From the NCBI GenBank assembly GCA_017694915.1, contig JADIMF010000098.1, forward strand, positions 1 to 51,888: a stretch of 51,888 bases of DNA, given 5' to 3'. The position numbers and the translations under genes are program-made. Positions 8,986 to 17,341 of this stretch are shown here, one piece after another (position 1 is the first letter of the stretch; every line of letters begins with the position of its first letter). Origin of the DNA: Candidatus Ornithospirochaeta stercoravium. GTDB lineage: Bacteria; Spirochaetota; Spirochaetia; Sphaerochaetales; Sphaerochaetaceae. The notes under the pieces are model-generated. The model saw only the letters and a program-made list of their open reading frames with translations. It had not been told where the DNA came from and did not search any database.

Positions 8986-9819
8986 TCATCCCTTAAGACC
9001 GCTTGATGCGATTCCTTCAACGAAGAACCTCTGGAATGCGAGGAATACGATAAGAACCGGGATTATAGCCATGACGCTTGTCGCCATGATGAGGCCGTAC
9101 TCAGCGGAGTACTGTCCTACAAAGAGCTGTATACCGAGCTGTATCGTCTTGAGTCTGTCGCTGTTGAAGTAAATCATCGGGCCCATGTAGTCGTTCCATA
9201 CTGTAACGAAGCTCATGATGGTAAGAGTTGCCATCGCAGGCTTCGTAAGAGGAAGGACTATGCGGGCGAATGTTCCGTACTCAGAAAGACCGTCGATTCT
9301 TGCGGCTTCCAGAAGCTCATCAGGAATCGTGATGTAGAACTGTCTGAGAAGGAATACTCCGAATGCTGTGAAGCTCTGGAGGAGTATGATCGAGAGATGC
9401 GTGTCGATGAGGTGCATTCTCTGCATCATTACATACTGTGGAAGCATGTATACCTGCCATGGAATCGCAATCGTCGCGATGTAGGCGAGGAACAGTACGT
9501 TTCTTCCCGGGAATCTGCACTTGGAGAAACCATAAGCGGCGAACGATGAAGTCAGAAGCTGGATAAGTGTTATGAGAATCGACAGCTTGAATGAATTCAT
9601 TGTATATGTCGCGAGGTTTATCTTCTGCCAGATCGTTACGAAGTTTTCCCAGTGCCATGTTTCAGGAATCCATTTGATAGGGAATGAGAATACTTCGCTG
9701 GAGAGCTTGAATGATGAGCTGACCATCCATAGAAGAGGAAGAAGAGTAATGAATGTGAGCAGAATGAGCACGATGTACAGCAGAACTGTTTTTACCGGAC
9801 TTCTTTTTTCTATCATCAT
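8986..9819 (-). CDS. ABC sugar transporter permease (MalG-like)
   Basis: ORF 8986..9861, with the start moved to ATGATG (9819), which follows AGGAGG. EAA loop EAARIDGLSEYGTFARIVLPL. Confidence 0.9.
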   Translation of the reverse strand: MMIEKRSPVKTVLLYIVLILLTFITLLPLLWMVSSSFKLSSEVFSFPIKWIPETWHWENFVTIWQKINLATYTMNSFKLSILITLIQLLTSSFAAYGFSKCRFPGRNVLFLAYIATIAIPWQVYMLPQYVMMQRMHLIDTHLSIILLQSFTAFGVFLLRQFYITIPDELLEAARIDGLSEYGTFARIVLPLTKPAMATLTIMSFVTVWNDYMGPMIYFNSDRLKTIQLGIQLFVGQYSAEYGLIMATSVMAIIPVLIVFLAFQRFFVEGIASSGLKG

Positions 9820-9832
9820 TTTGCTTTCCTCC

Positions 9833-10744
9833 TTATAGATAATCGGTGAATTTCTTCTCACCGCGGAACTGGACGATCGTTACAGCAAGTACGATGACGA
9901 AGAGGATGATTGAAGCTGCCGCACTCTTGCCGTAATCCCAGTAGACGAATGTCTGGTTGTAGATGTAGTTCGCAAGAAGCGTCGTGCTTGTTCCAGGTCC
10001 TCCCATCGTAAGAGCATAGATGAGGTCGAAACTCTTGAAGCTGTTGATCGTAAGCATCATGAATACGAAGAATGTGCTTGGTGTGAGCATAGGAAGCGTG
10101 ATCTTCCTGAATTTCTGCCAGCCTGTAGCGCCATCAAGGGTTGCTGCCTCATAAAGCTGTACAGGTATATCCTGCAGACCTGCAAGATAGATGAGCATGT
10201 AATAGCCCATGAACTTCCAGATAGCAACAACTATTACGCCCCATATAGCCCAGTCAGTTGATGCGAACCATCCTGGAGGGTTGCTTACACCGATGGCCCT
10301 GAGAGCCATGTTTATAGGTCCGTAATTCGATTCGAAAAGCTGTTTCCATACAGCGCCGATGGCAATCATTGAAGCAACATACGGGAAGAAGATCGCCGAA
10401 CGGAATACATCTCTTCCTTTGATCTTTCTGTTGAGTACACAGGCGAGAGCGAGGGAGGCAAGAAGAGTGAGAACGACTGTGAAGACAACATAAAGAAGAG
10501 TAAGCCAGAACGCTGATTTAAATACTCTATCACGGAAAATCGAGCGGAAATTGTCAAATCCCGCGAATGTCATTGCATTGAAACCATCCCAGTTCATCAC
10601 AGAGAGAATTATCGTGAAGATAACAGGGAATAGAATGAATATGGCGAATCCGAGAAAGTTTGGCGCTATGAATGAGTAGCCGATCAATGACTGTCTGAAC
10701 TTCAGCGAGCCCTTTTTCTTTTCGGACATTGCAGTCTGAGCCAT
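9833..10744 (-). CDS. ABC sugar transporter permease (MalF-like)
   Basis: ORF 9833..10774, with the start moved to ATG 10744, which follows AAGGAGG. EAA loop YEAATLDGATGWQKFRKITLPML. Confidence 0.9.
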   Translation of the reverse strand: MAQTAMSEKKKGSLKFRQSLIGYSFIAPNFLGFAIFILFPVIFTIILSVMNWDGFNAMTFAGFDNFRSIFRDRVFKSAFWLTLLYVVFTVVLTLLASLALACVLNRKIKGRDVFRSAIFFPYVASMIAIGAVWKQLFESNYGPINMALRAIGVSNPPGWFASTDWAIWGVIVVAIWKFMGYYMLIYLAGLQDIPVQLYEAATLDGATGWQKFRKITLPMLTPSTFFVFMMLTINSFKSFDLIYALTMGGPGTSTTLLANYIYNQTFVYWDYGKSAAASIILFVIVLAVTIVQFRGEKKFTDYL

Positions 10745-10778
10745 TTTTCCTCCTTTGTTTCTGTATTTCATCAAGTGT

Positions 10779-10810
10779 AAAAAAGGGCTACCGGGAAAGC
10801 AGCCCTTTTA
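10779..10810 (-). terminator. Hairpin + U-run after the SBP gene (intra-operon attenuator/terminator)
   Basis: The minus strand reads TAAAAGGGCTGCtttcccgGTAGCCCTTTTTTACAC. It lies between the SBP stop (10826) and the permease start (10744). Confidence 0.5.
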
Positions 10811-10825
10811 TTCAGTGAGTGACTA

Positions 10826-12094
10826 TCACTCTGCCATGATTTCTGCGTAGTTTCTGTTCATGTTGGCAATACCTTCATCAACAGTCTCTTCGCCGAGGAG
10901 GATGAGCTGGTGCTCTGCAAGGAGCATCTGGTCAATCTGTGTTACCTTGTCCATAGCCGGGCGGTCTGGAGAGATATGTGTTGCATAGAGACCATCCATT
11001 ACGCCTTCTGGCATACCAGGTGCTGCTGCATATGCTTCAAGATATCCTTCGCCAATGAGAGCTGGAACCTGTCCGTTCTCTGCCATGATCTGTGCACCTT
11101 CTGGTCCGCTGATGAATTCAACGAATCTCCATGCTGCATCCTTGTCAGAGCTTGCGTTGTTGATACAGATAGGTGTTGTTGCACCGACTGTGTATCCGTT
11201 AGGAACATCGTCTGCATGTGGAACAACTGCTACTCCCCAGTTGATGCTTGTCTCGCCAGAGATAGTGCGGGATGCCATTGTCTGGATGAGCCATGAACCC
11301 ATCGGAAGCATTGCTACGAGACCCTGTGAGAATACGTCTGTGTAGGAAAGGCCAGATGCCTGGATCTGTGCGAATGACATACATGTGCCAGCTTCCTGCA
11401 TTCTGAGAACCATTTCATAGTATGGCTTGAAGAACTCATAGTCGCCGCTCATGATGGAGTGCTTGCCATCCTGAACGCCCCAGTTCTGTACACATGCATT
11501 CCATGAGTGGAAATATGCGCCATACTTCTTTGTCGGTCCCTCGCCCTGTGTGAGCTTAGCTGCGAGTTCCTCGAACTCTGCCCATGTCATATCGTTGTCT
11601 GGATATGCAACTCCAGCTGCATCGAAGAGGTCCTTGTTGTAGAAGAGAACATACTGGTCAGTGCGGAGAGGCATTGCATAGAGGCTACCGTCAAATGTGA
11701 AGTTAGCATCTGTTCCATTGTATGCTGTCATGTCGATTCCTGCAGCTTCTACATATGGAGTGAGGTTTGCAAGCTGTCCTCTGTCGTAGAATGTCTTTGT
11801 CTTGTCAGCTTCCTTGATGAGGAAGAGATCGACATCGGAACCACCATTGAGCTGTGTATTGAGCTTTGTGATGTAATCTGCAGCAGGTGAATCCTGAACT
11901 TCGATCTTTATATCAGGGTTTGCAGCCTCGAAAGCTGCGATAGCCTTTGAAAGATATGCATTCTGAGTATAATCCCATACAGCGAATGTAAGAGTTGTGA
12001 CTCCGTCATTAGCAGCAGCTTCTTTAGAGCCGCCTGCGAAAATAGAAGAAATTGCCATGAGGGCAACAAGAGATAATACAATGAACTTTTTCAT
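10826..12094 (-). CDS. ABC transporter extracellular solute-binding protein (sugar/oligosaccharide)
   Basis: ORF 10826..12175, with the start moved to ATG 12094, which follows AAAGGAGA. Signal peptide MKKFIVLSLVALMAISSIFA/GGSKE. Confidence 0.9.
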   Translation of the reverse strand: MKKFIVLSLVALMAISSIFAGGSKEAAANDGVTTLTFAVWDYTQNAYLSKAIAAFEAANPDIKIEVQDSPAADYITKLNTQLNGGSDVDLFLIKEADKTKTFYDRGQLANLTPYVEAAGIDMTAYNGTDANFTFDGSLYAMPLRTDQYVLFYNKDLFDAAGVAYPDNDMTWAEFEELAAKLTQGEGPTKKYGAYFHSWNACVQNWGVQDGKHSIMSGDYEFFKPYYEMVLRMQEAGTCMSFAQIQASGLSYTDVFSQGLVAMLPMGSWLIQTMASRTISGETSINWGVAVVPHADDVPNGYTVGATTPICINNASSDKDAAWRFVEFISGPEGAQIMAENGQVPALIGEGYLEAYAAAPGMPEGVMDGLYATHISPDRPAMDKVTQIDQMLLAEHQLILLGEETVDEGIANMNRNYAEIMAE

Positions 12095-12167
12095 TTTTTC
12101 TCCTTTTGTCTGATAATCTGATTCAAACATGATTTTTTCGTTAACTGAATGTAAAAATAAAGCCAGA

Positions 12168-12187
12168 ATTGGCAAAATTTTGCACTT
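12168..12187. promoter_or_regulatory. Copy 1 of the ATTGGYAAAATTTTGCAYTT motif (palindromic core GCAAAATTTTGC)
   Basis: attgGCAAAATTTTGCactt lies in the divergent SBP / histidine-kinase intergenic region. The 12-bp core is a perfect palindrome (12172-12183). Confidence 0.4.
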
Positions 12188-12363
12188 GATGTTTCATTTC
12201 CGCTTGTCCAATGAGGGGATTATTCTCTGTTTCTATCCATAACCAAGAATCTCTGAATCGACAGAATGAAGATTGTATTTTTCTATTCCACCGGTAGATA
12301 TCTATATGAAAACAGCGATTATGCTGAGAATAGTCTGCAATATTTTGTCCTTTTTACTTTTGT

Positions 12364-12383
12364 ATTGGTAAAATTTTGCATTT
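12364..12383. promoter_or_regulatory. Copy 2 of the ATTGGYAAAATTTTGCAYTT motif, overlapping a possible kinase promoter (TTGGTA-17-TGATAT)
   Basis: attgGTAAAATTTTGCattt matches copy 1 at 18 of 20 positions. TTGGTA (12366-12371) and TGATAT (12389-12394) flank it, upstream of ATG 12411. Confidence 0.4.
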
Positions 12384-12410
12384 TCAGTGATATGGCGGTA
12401 AAATTCAAAT

Positions 12411-14117
12411 ATGCATCATCACTCGGGAAGGACATTGAAAGCAAGGATACTCATATCTGTAATCATATGTTTCCTCATAGTCAGTATTCCCTGCTTCTTC
12501 ATTCTCTTTTCCCATATGAATAATCTTGTCTTTCAGGAATCGAGTGCTGCTGGTAATGCACGGGTGATGGATATCGTTGATGAGATCAATGAGAATCTTG
12601 AATCTGTCATCACAGCTGTCGCCTGGATTGCCGATGAGGATAGCGTGCGGGATGCGCTTTCTTACAGCAGTATGTCAGAGCCGGGTGCTGCGTTGGCTAT
12701 CCTGGATGCTCAGAATGATGTTTCCACTTTCATGACAGGTTCGATAGCCTCTGAATACCTGAACAAGATTGTTGTATTCAAGCCCGGAACCGATATTTCT
12801 TTCGAATTCGTTAGAGGACGATCGGGATGGCTCAATGACAGCGATTCCATAATGAGCACCGATGAGTTCGATAACCTGTCATTCCCAACAGGCTCCGTTG
12901 TGAGGCTTTTCCTTTCAGAGACCGTGAATCTGCCGGAGGAACTTGCAGTCGTGGCCTATGGCAGAACAAGGGAGAATGATGGATATATCTATGCCGAGCT
13001 CTCTTCAGATATATTCGATTCGCTCTACTCCTATGCGGATGCAAATAATATATTTATCGTATCGGATGGGCAGGAGTATCCCGAAAGCATTCCGGAGTCC
13101 TTCTTCGATGAGAATAAATGGACGGCTTACAATTTCCCTCTGTCCATCCCTGATTCATATGTCATACAGTTCATTGACAGGTCACCGCTCCGCATTGCCT
13201 CTTCGTATGGCCTTGCCGTATTCATTGCCATAATTCTTGCCTCTACAATACTTTTTGTAATCATTTCGTTCATATTGTCACGATCCCTTACAAAGGCTAC
13301 GAGGAAGCTAGAGAAGCATATCGGATACCTGACTGTCACCAATGATTTCGGCTATGTCGATAAATCAATCGAGGAAGGAGATGATGAGATTGCTGCCATA
13401 GGACATATAGTGAACAAGATGAGCGTCTCAATCTCCGAGCTTCTCAAGCGCAACGAGAAGCTTTTCGAAGAAAAGAAGAAGATGGAGATGGATATGCTTC
13501 AGATGCAGGTCAATCCTCACTTTCTCTACAATACGCTTGAGTCGATACATTATCTTGCGGAAGTGCAGAAGGATGATGGCATTGCCCATATGGCAAGGGG
13601 ATTATCGACGCTTCTAAGGAACATGGCAAAGGGCTCTGGCGATATCATAACGCTTTCTGAGGAGCTGAGCCTCCTTTCGGATTACGATGAGATACAGCAG
13701 GTCCGGTATATGGGGATGTATGAGATTGCATACTGCATACCTGAAGACCTTATGAACATGAGAATACAGAAATTCACTCTCCAGCCGCTTGTTGAGAATG
13801 CGATATTCCACGGCGTAGAACCTACGGGCAGATTCGGGATGATAACGATATCTGCCGTAGTTGATGGGTTGGACCTCATTATAACCGTTCATGATGATGG
13901 TATCGGAATGAACAGTGATGAGATTGCTCATATATTTGATGAAAAGAAGCATTCCAAGACCGACATGACAGGTGTCGGTGTCAGGAATATCAATGAAAGG
14001 ATAAAGCTGATGTATGGGAACGGATATGGACTTTCGTTCAGGTCGGAGAAGGGAAAATACACGGAAGCTGTCGTGAAGATAAAGGCGGAGAGATATGTTC
14101 AGGATACTGATAGCTGA
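12411..14117 (+). CDS. Sensor histidine kinase, YesM-type (TM - extracytoplasmic domain - TM - HAMP - His_kinase - HATPase_c)
   Basis: 568 aa. Two hydrophobic segments (ILISVIICFLIVSIPCFFILF and LAVFIAIILASTILFVIISFIL). His_kinase motif QVNPHFLYNTLESIHYLA. ATPase motifs HDDGIGM and GVGVRNINERIKLMYG. Confidence 0.9.
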   Translation: MHHHSGRTLKARILISVIICFLIVSIPCFFILFSHMNNLVFQESSAAGNARVMDIVDEINENLESVITAVAWIADEDSVRDALSYSSMSEPGAALAILDAQNDVSTFMTGSIASEYLNKIVVFKPGTDISFEFVRGRSGWLNDSDSIMSTDEFDNLSFPTGSVVRLFLSETVNLPEELAVVAYGRTRENDGYIYAELSSDIFDSLYSYADANNIFIVSDGQEYPESIPESFFDENKWTAYNFPLSIPDSYVIQFIDRSPLRIASSYGLAVFIAIILASTILFVIISFILSRSLTKATRKLEKHIGYLTVTNDFGYVDKSIEEGDDEIAAIGHIVNKMSVSISELLKRNEKLFEEKKKMEMDMLQMQVNPHFLYNTLESIHYLAEVQKDDGIAHMARGLSTLLRNMAKGSGDIITLSEELSLLSDYDEIQQVRYMGMYEIAYCIPEDLMNMRIQKFTLQPLVENAIFHGVEPTGRFGMITISAVVDGLDLIITVHDDGIGMNSDEIAHIFDEKKHSKTDMTGVGVRNINERIKLMYGNGYGLSFRSEKGKYTEAVVKIKAERYVQDTDS

Positions 14118-15666
14118 TGACGAACCCATAATCCTTTCTGGAATAAGGCATCTCATAGACTGGGAGAACGCGGATGCGGAGATAATCGGAAGCGCCAGAA
14201 ACGGTGCTGAAGCATGGTCGATTATCGAATCAGAGCATCCTGATATAGTGATTACCGACATCAAGATGCCTCTTATGGATGGGCTTGCCCTGGTGGAGAA
14301 GTGTGCGGATTCATATCCGAGGATAGTTTTCATCATCCTCACGAGCCTTGCGGAATTCAGCCTCGCGCGTGAAGCTGTCGGTTATGGAGTATCTGACTAC
14401 CTGCTGAAGACGGAACTTGATGAGAAGACACTGCTTTCTGCTCTTGAGAAGGCTGAATCCGAGAGCGTTCGGCGTTCAGCAACAGCCGGATCTTTTCAGG
14501 AGAATAATGATGACAGATTGTCATCCGAGATCCTGAATCTGCTGCTCCTCCGTCAGATAACGGCGGAAACAAGAAATCTTCTTTCTCATAGTGATGTGCT
14601 TTCATCTTATGCATTCATTGCCGCCGTGTATCAGTTTCCCGCGGAAAGCTTTGACAAGGAGTGGGATGCGGAGGATTACAGGAAGCTCCATGGTTGGGAA
14701 GAGGATGTTCTTCTGAAGGTTATCCATTCCTTTTCTGAGAATGTGTATCCTGTCACGGCCCCTTCCGGGAGACAGAGTTCATTTATATATCTTGTTTCAG
14801 GCATAAGCCGGGAGACATGGGCTGCGGTGTCCTCAAGACTGGAGGAGAAAGTCAGAAGCGCAGCTGGCATGGTGACAGGCCTTGATACGAAACTCCTTCA
14901 TACGGCTGTATATTCCGGAAGCGACAGCCTGCAGCAGTCGAGATCAGAGCTTGAGGCGCTTCTCATGGCTTATTATCTGGAAAAGGAGCCTGCCTCTGTT
15001 AAGCCTGCTCCACTTGTCATAGGCTCGGTGTTCCCGACGCTGGAGCTTGCAATAAGAGAGAAAGACAGGGTGGGTTGCAGAGCGTCTTTTGCAGAGATAC
15101 GTAGAGCAGTCTCATCTTCCGATCACAGCCTCAGTCAGCTGGAGTTCATGATAGTCGCACTGCGGTCTGCTGTAATGAGCGGTCTGGCATCGATAGGGCT
15201 TTCGGAAAGCGATGAAATAACGGAAATGTTCTCAGCTTCCGATTTCATTTCAAGAAGAAGCGAGGCTCTTCTGTTCCTTGATGATATAGAGAGCGGCTTG
15301 CTGGATATTGTCGAAAGTACTGGCGGCTCAGGAAGCGGGATTGCTGATAAAGCCCGCGAGTATATCCTCATGCACATAACAGAGCATATTGCACTTTCTG
15401 ATGTTGCCGCATATGCGTGCGTGTCTCCAGGATACATGTCCAAGAGCTTCAAGAGAATCATGGGGATTAGCCTTGTTGATTATATTAACCAGAAGAAAGT
15501 GGAGAAGGCGAAGGAGATGATGGCCGAGGGGAATGAGCGTATTGCTGATATAGCATTGGCTCTCGGATTCAGTAACATCTACTATTTCTCGAAAGTATTC
15601 AGAAAAATGGAGGGTATTCCGCCAACTGAATACATAAAAAATAGAGTGAAATCGGAATATAAATAA
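14095..15666 (+). CDS. Response regulator with AraC-type HTH output (YesN-type)
   Basis: 523 aa. REC domain MFRILIADDEPIILSG...PDIVITDIKMPLMDG. C-terminal AraC HTH (IALSDVAAYACVSPGYMSKSFKR...FSNIYYFSKVFRKMEGIPPTEY). Overlaps the kinase gene by 23 nt. Confidence 0.9.
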   Translation: MFRILIADDEPIILSGIRHLIDWENADAEIIGSARNGAEAWSIIESEHPDIVITDIKMPLMDGLALVEKCADSYPRIVFIILTSLAEFSLAREAVGYGVSDYLLKTELDEKTLLSALEKAESESVRRSATAGSFQENNDDRLSSEILNLLLLRQITAETRNLLSHSDVLSSYAFIAAVYQFPAESFDKEWDAEDYRKLHGWEEDVLLKVIHSFSENVYPVTAPSGRQSSFIYLVSGISRETWAAVSSRLEEKVRSAAGMVTGLDTKLLHTAVYSGSDSLQQSRSELEALLMAYYLEKEPASVKPAPLVIGSVFPTLELAIREKDRVGCRASFAEIRRAVSSSDHSLSQLEFMIVALRSAVMSGLASIGLSESDEITEMFSASDFISRRSEALLFLDDIESGLLDIVESTGGSGSGIADKAREYILMHITEHIALSDVAAYACVSPGYMSKSFKRIMGISLVDYINQKKVEKAKEMMAEGNERIADIALALGFSNIYYFSKVFRKMEGIPPTEYIKNRVKSEYK

Positions 15667-15740
15667 TGATATATTTCTGATAACACTGATAGTATCATAT
15701 GTCGACAAATAATGTGAAATTTCTCCATTTTCTGATCTGG

Positions 15741-15841
15741 ATTTGTTTGACAGAAATCTTTGATTTACGGCCTCTTTTTACATAATTTCTTATATTGCAA
15801 GTAAAAATTTGTTTGATTGTTGTTTGATAATTGTTTGATTG
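15741..15841 (+). repeat. 101-bp direct repeat, copy 1 (upstream flank of the AlbA_2 gene)
   Basis: ATTTGTTTGACAGAAATCTTTGATTTACGGCCTCTTTTTACATAATTTCTTATATTGCAAGTAAAAATTTGTTTGATTGTTGTTTGATAATTGTTTGATTG. It matches 17342-17442 with 6 mismatches by hand alignment, at an offset of 1601 bp. Confidence 0.9.
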
Positions 15842-15852
15842 TTATTTGACAA
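15809..15852 (+). repeat. 4 x 11-bp phased tandem units (iteron-like): TTGTTTGATTG / TTGTTTGATAA / TTGTTTGATTG / TTATTTGACAA
   Basis: Read directly from the sequence. The 11-bp period is about one helical turn. The last unit lies outside the 101-bp repeat and supplies the TTGACA -35 of the AlbA_2 gene promoter candidate. A related TTGTTTGAC occurs at 15743-15751. Confidence 0.8.
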
Positions 15853-15874
15853 CCAGCAAATGTTCTTGTATCTT
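15846..15874 (+). promoter_or_regulatory. Candidate leaderless-type promoter of the AlbA_2 gene (TTGACA-17-TATCTT, -10 ends 6 nt before ATG 15881)
   Basis: TTGACA 15846-15851, 17-nt spacer, TATCTT 15869-15874, then tataat and ATG. There is no SD upstream of either candidate ATG (15860 or 15881). Confidence 0.4.
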
Positions 15875-15880
15875 TATAAT

Positions 15881-17341
15881 ATGCAGAAGGGTTTTGATTA
15901 TCTGGCATTGGTGCATTTGCTGAGAAGCTATAAACAGGAAGAAGACTGGTTCGAATTCAAACTTAATAAGGTTATTCCCGAAATGCTTGGTAAATATGTT
16001 TCCGCATTGAGTAATTCAGCTGCGATCTCACAGCATCCTTATGGATATCTTGTATGGGGTATTGATGATTCGACTCACGAAGTAAAAGGAACATCTTTCT
16101 ATCCAGAAACTGAGAAAAAAGGGAATATGGATCTGCTTAATTGGCTGATTCTGAATATAACGCCGAGAATCAATATTGATTTCATAGAGCTTGAGACAGA
16201 AACAGGCAAGCACATTGTTGTTATGGAAGTTCCTGCTGCAATCTCAGAACCTGTGAGGTTCATGAAAGATGAATATCTAAGAATAGGATCGCATGTTCAG
16301 CCTTTATTGAAGTATCCGGACTATGAGCGCATCTTATGGAAGCGCTTTGAACATGTTCCTGCAGAAAAGCATATTGTGCAGGGCGGGGTTGAACTTGATG
16401 ATCTGAATAAGCTTCTTATATTAGAGCAATATTTTGTATTGCAGGGGCTGCCTACGCCTTCGAGTACAAAAAGGCAAGCTGAAAAATTCCTTGATGAGGG
16501 ATTTGTCGTTCATCAGGATGATGGCGCTTATGGTATAACTGCATTAGGAGCATTGCTGTTTGCTCGCGATCTCCGTCAGTTCCCTTCTCTTGCTTCGAAA
16601 GCTCTACGAATAATCAGATATCAGGGAGCAGGCCGAATCAACGCAGTAAATGATATTACAGTTTCAGAAGGTTATGCGATTTCATTTGAGAAGACGTGTT
16701 CGCTGGTTTATGAGTTTCTGAAACGACCAGAAACAATTGATGGAGGCCTTCGCAAAGAGAACTTCCTTTTTCCCCCCGCATCAGTTAGAGAGGTTCTTGG
16801 AAATATTCTGATTCATCAGGATCTGTCTGTTATGGGGGCTGGCCCTCTTGTGGAGGTTTTTGATAATAGGCTTGAAGGTTCGAATCCCGGCGCATTGCTT
16901 GTCCCCGCGGACAGGGTTATCGATGCTCCTCCTCGGGCTCGTAATGAGGCTTTGGCCGCATTTCTTAGAAGACTTCATGTCTGTGAGGAAAGGGGGAGTG
17001 GCTTTGACAGAATGGAGGAGGGCCTAGAGAGTGTTATGCAGCCATCTCCTCTGGTAGAGACTGCTCTTGATTTCACGAGAATCAAGCTTTTCAGGTATGC
17101 ATCATTCAAGGATTGGACAAAAGCAGATAAGATTCGTACTTGTTATTTTACAGTTTGTCTCAAATACATAGAGACTGTTCCTGTTTCCAATTCGATGCTG
17201 CGTTCTAGATTCGGTATAGACCAGGCAAATAGTGCCATAGTTTCCCGAGTTGTAAACGATACGATAGAGGCGGGGCTTATCCGAATACAGGATGCTTCTG
17301 TAGGGGCAAAGGCAAGAAGGTATGAACCATATTGGGCGTGA
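15881..17341 (+). CDS. Schlafen-like AlbA_2 domain + HATPase_c_4 domain protein (COG2865-type 'RecG-like ATP-binding / putative transcriptional regulator')
   Basis: ORF 15839..17341; I prefer ATG 15881 (MQKGFDYLALVHLL...). The N-terminal part EDWFEFK...YGYLVWGIDD...KHIVVMEVP is AlbA_2-like. The region VREVLGNILIHQDLSVMGAGPLVEVFDNRLEGSNPG...RARNEALAAFLRRLHVCEERGSGFDRM is HATPase_c_4-like, and the C-terminal tail is wHTH-like. The gene looks more AT-rich than its neighbours. Confidence 0.75.
   Translation: MQKGFDYLALVHLLRSYKQEEDWFEFKLNKVIPEMLGKYVSALSNSAAISQHPYGYLVWGIDDSTHEVKGTSFYPETEKKGNMDLLNWLILNITPRINIDFIELETETGKHIVVMEVPAAISEPVRFMKDEYLRIGSHVQPLLKYPDYERILWKRFEHVPAEKHIVQGGVELDDLNKLLILEQYFVLQGLPTPSSTKRQAEKFLDEGFVVHQDDGAYGITALGALLFARDLRQFPSLASKALRIIRYQGAGRINAVNDITVSEGYAISFEKTCSLVYEFLKRPETIDGGLRKENFLFPPASVREVLGNILIHQDLSVMGAGPLVEVFDNRLEGSNPGALLVPADRVIDAPPRARNEALAAFLRRLHVCEERGSGFDRMEEGLESVMQPSPLVETALDFTRIKLFRYASFKDWTKADKIRTCYFTVCLKYIETVPVSNSMLRSRFGIDQANSAIVSRVVNDTIEAGLIRIQDASVGAKARRYEPYWA

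Noticed and set aside
12266-12523. 85-aa plus-strand ORF in the SBP / kinase intergenic region.
   Set aside because: It is out of frame with, and overlaps, the kinase start. It is AT-rich with a low-complexity peptide and no SD.
13614-14342. 242-aa minus-strand ORF across the kinase / response-regulator junction. The 238-aa ORF at 37313-38029 is a similar case.
   Set aside because: Both are antisense to genes with clear domain signatures, and neither has an SD or motifs.
15741-15841. The idea that the 101-bp repeats are integron attC sites or a MITE.
   Set aside because: There is no GTTRRRY / RYYYAAC core pair and no imperfect internal dyad of attC type. The ends are direct rather than inverted, so there are no terminal inverted repeats. 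No intI is in the window. The item is kept as an unexplained direct repeat instead.
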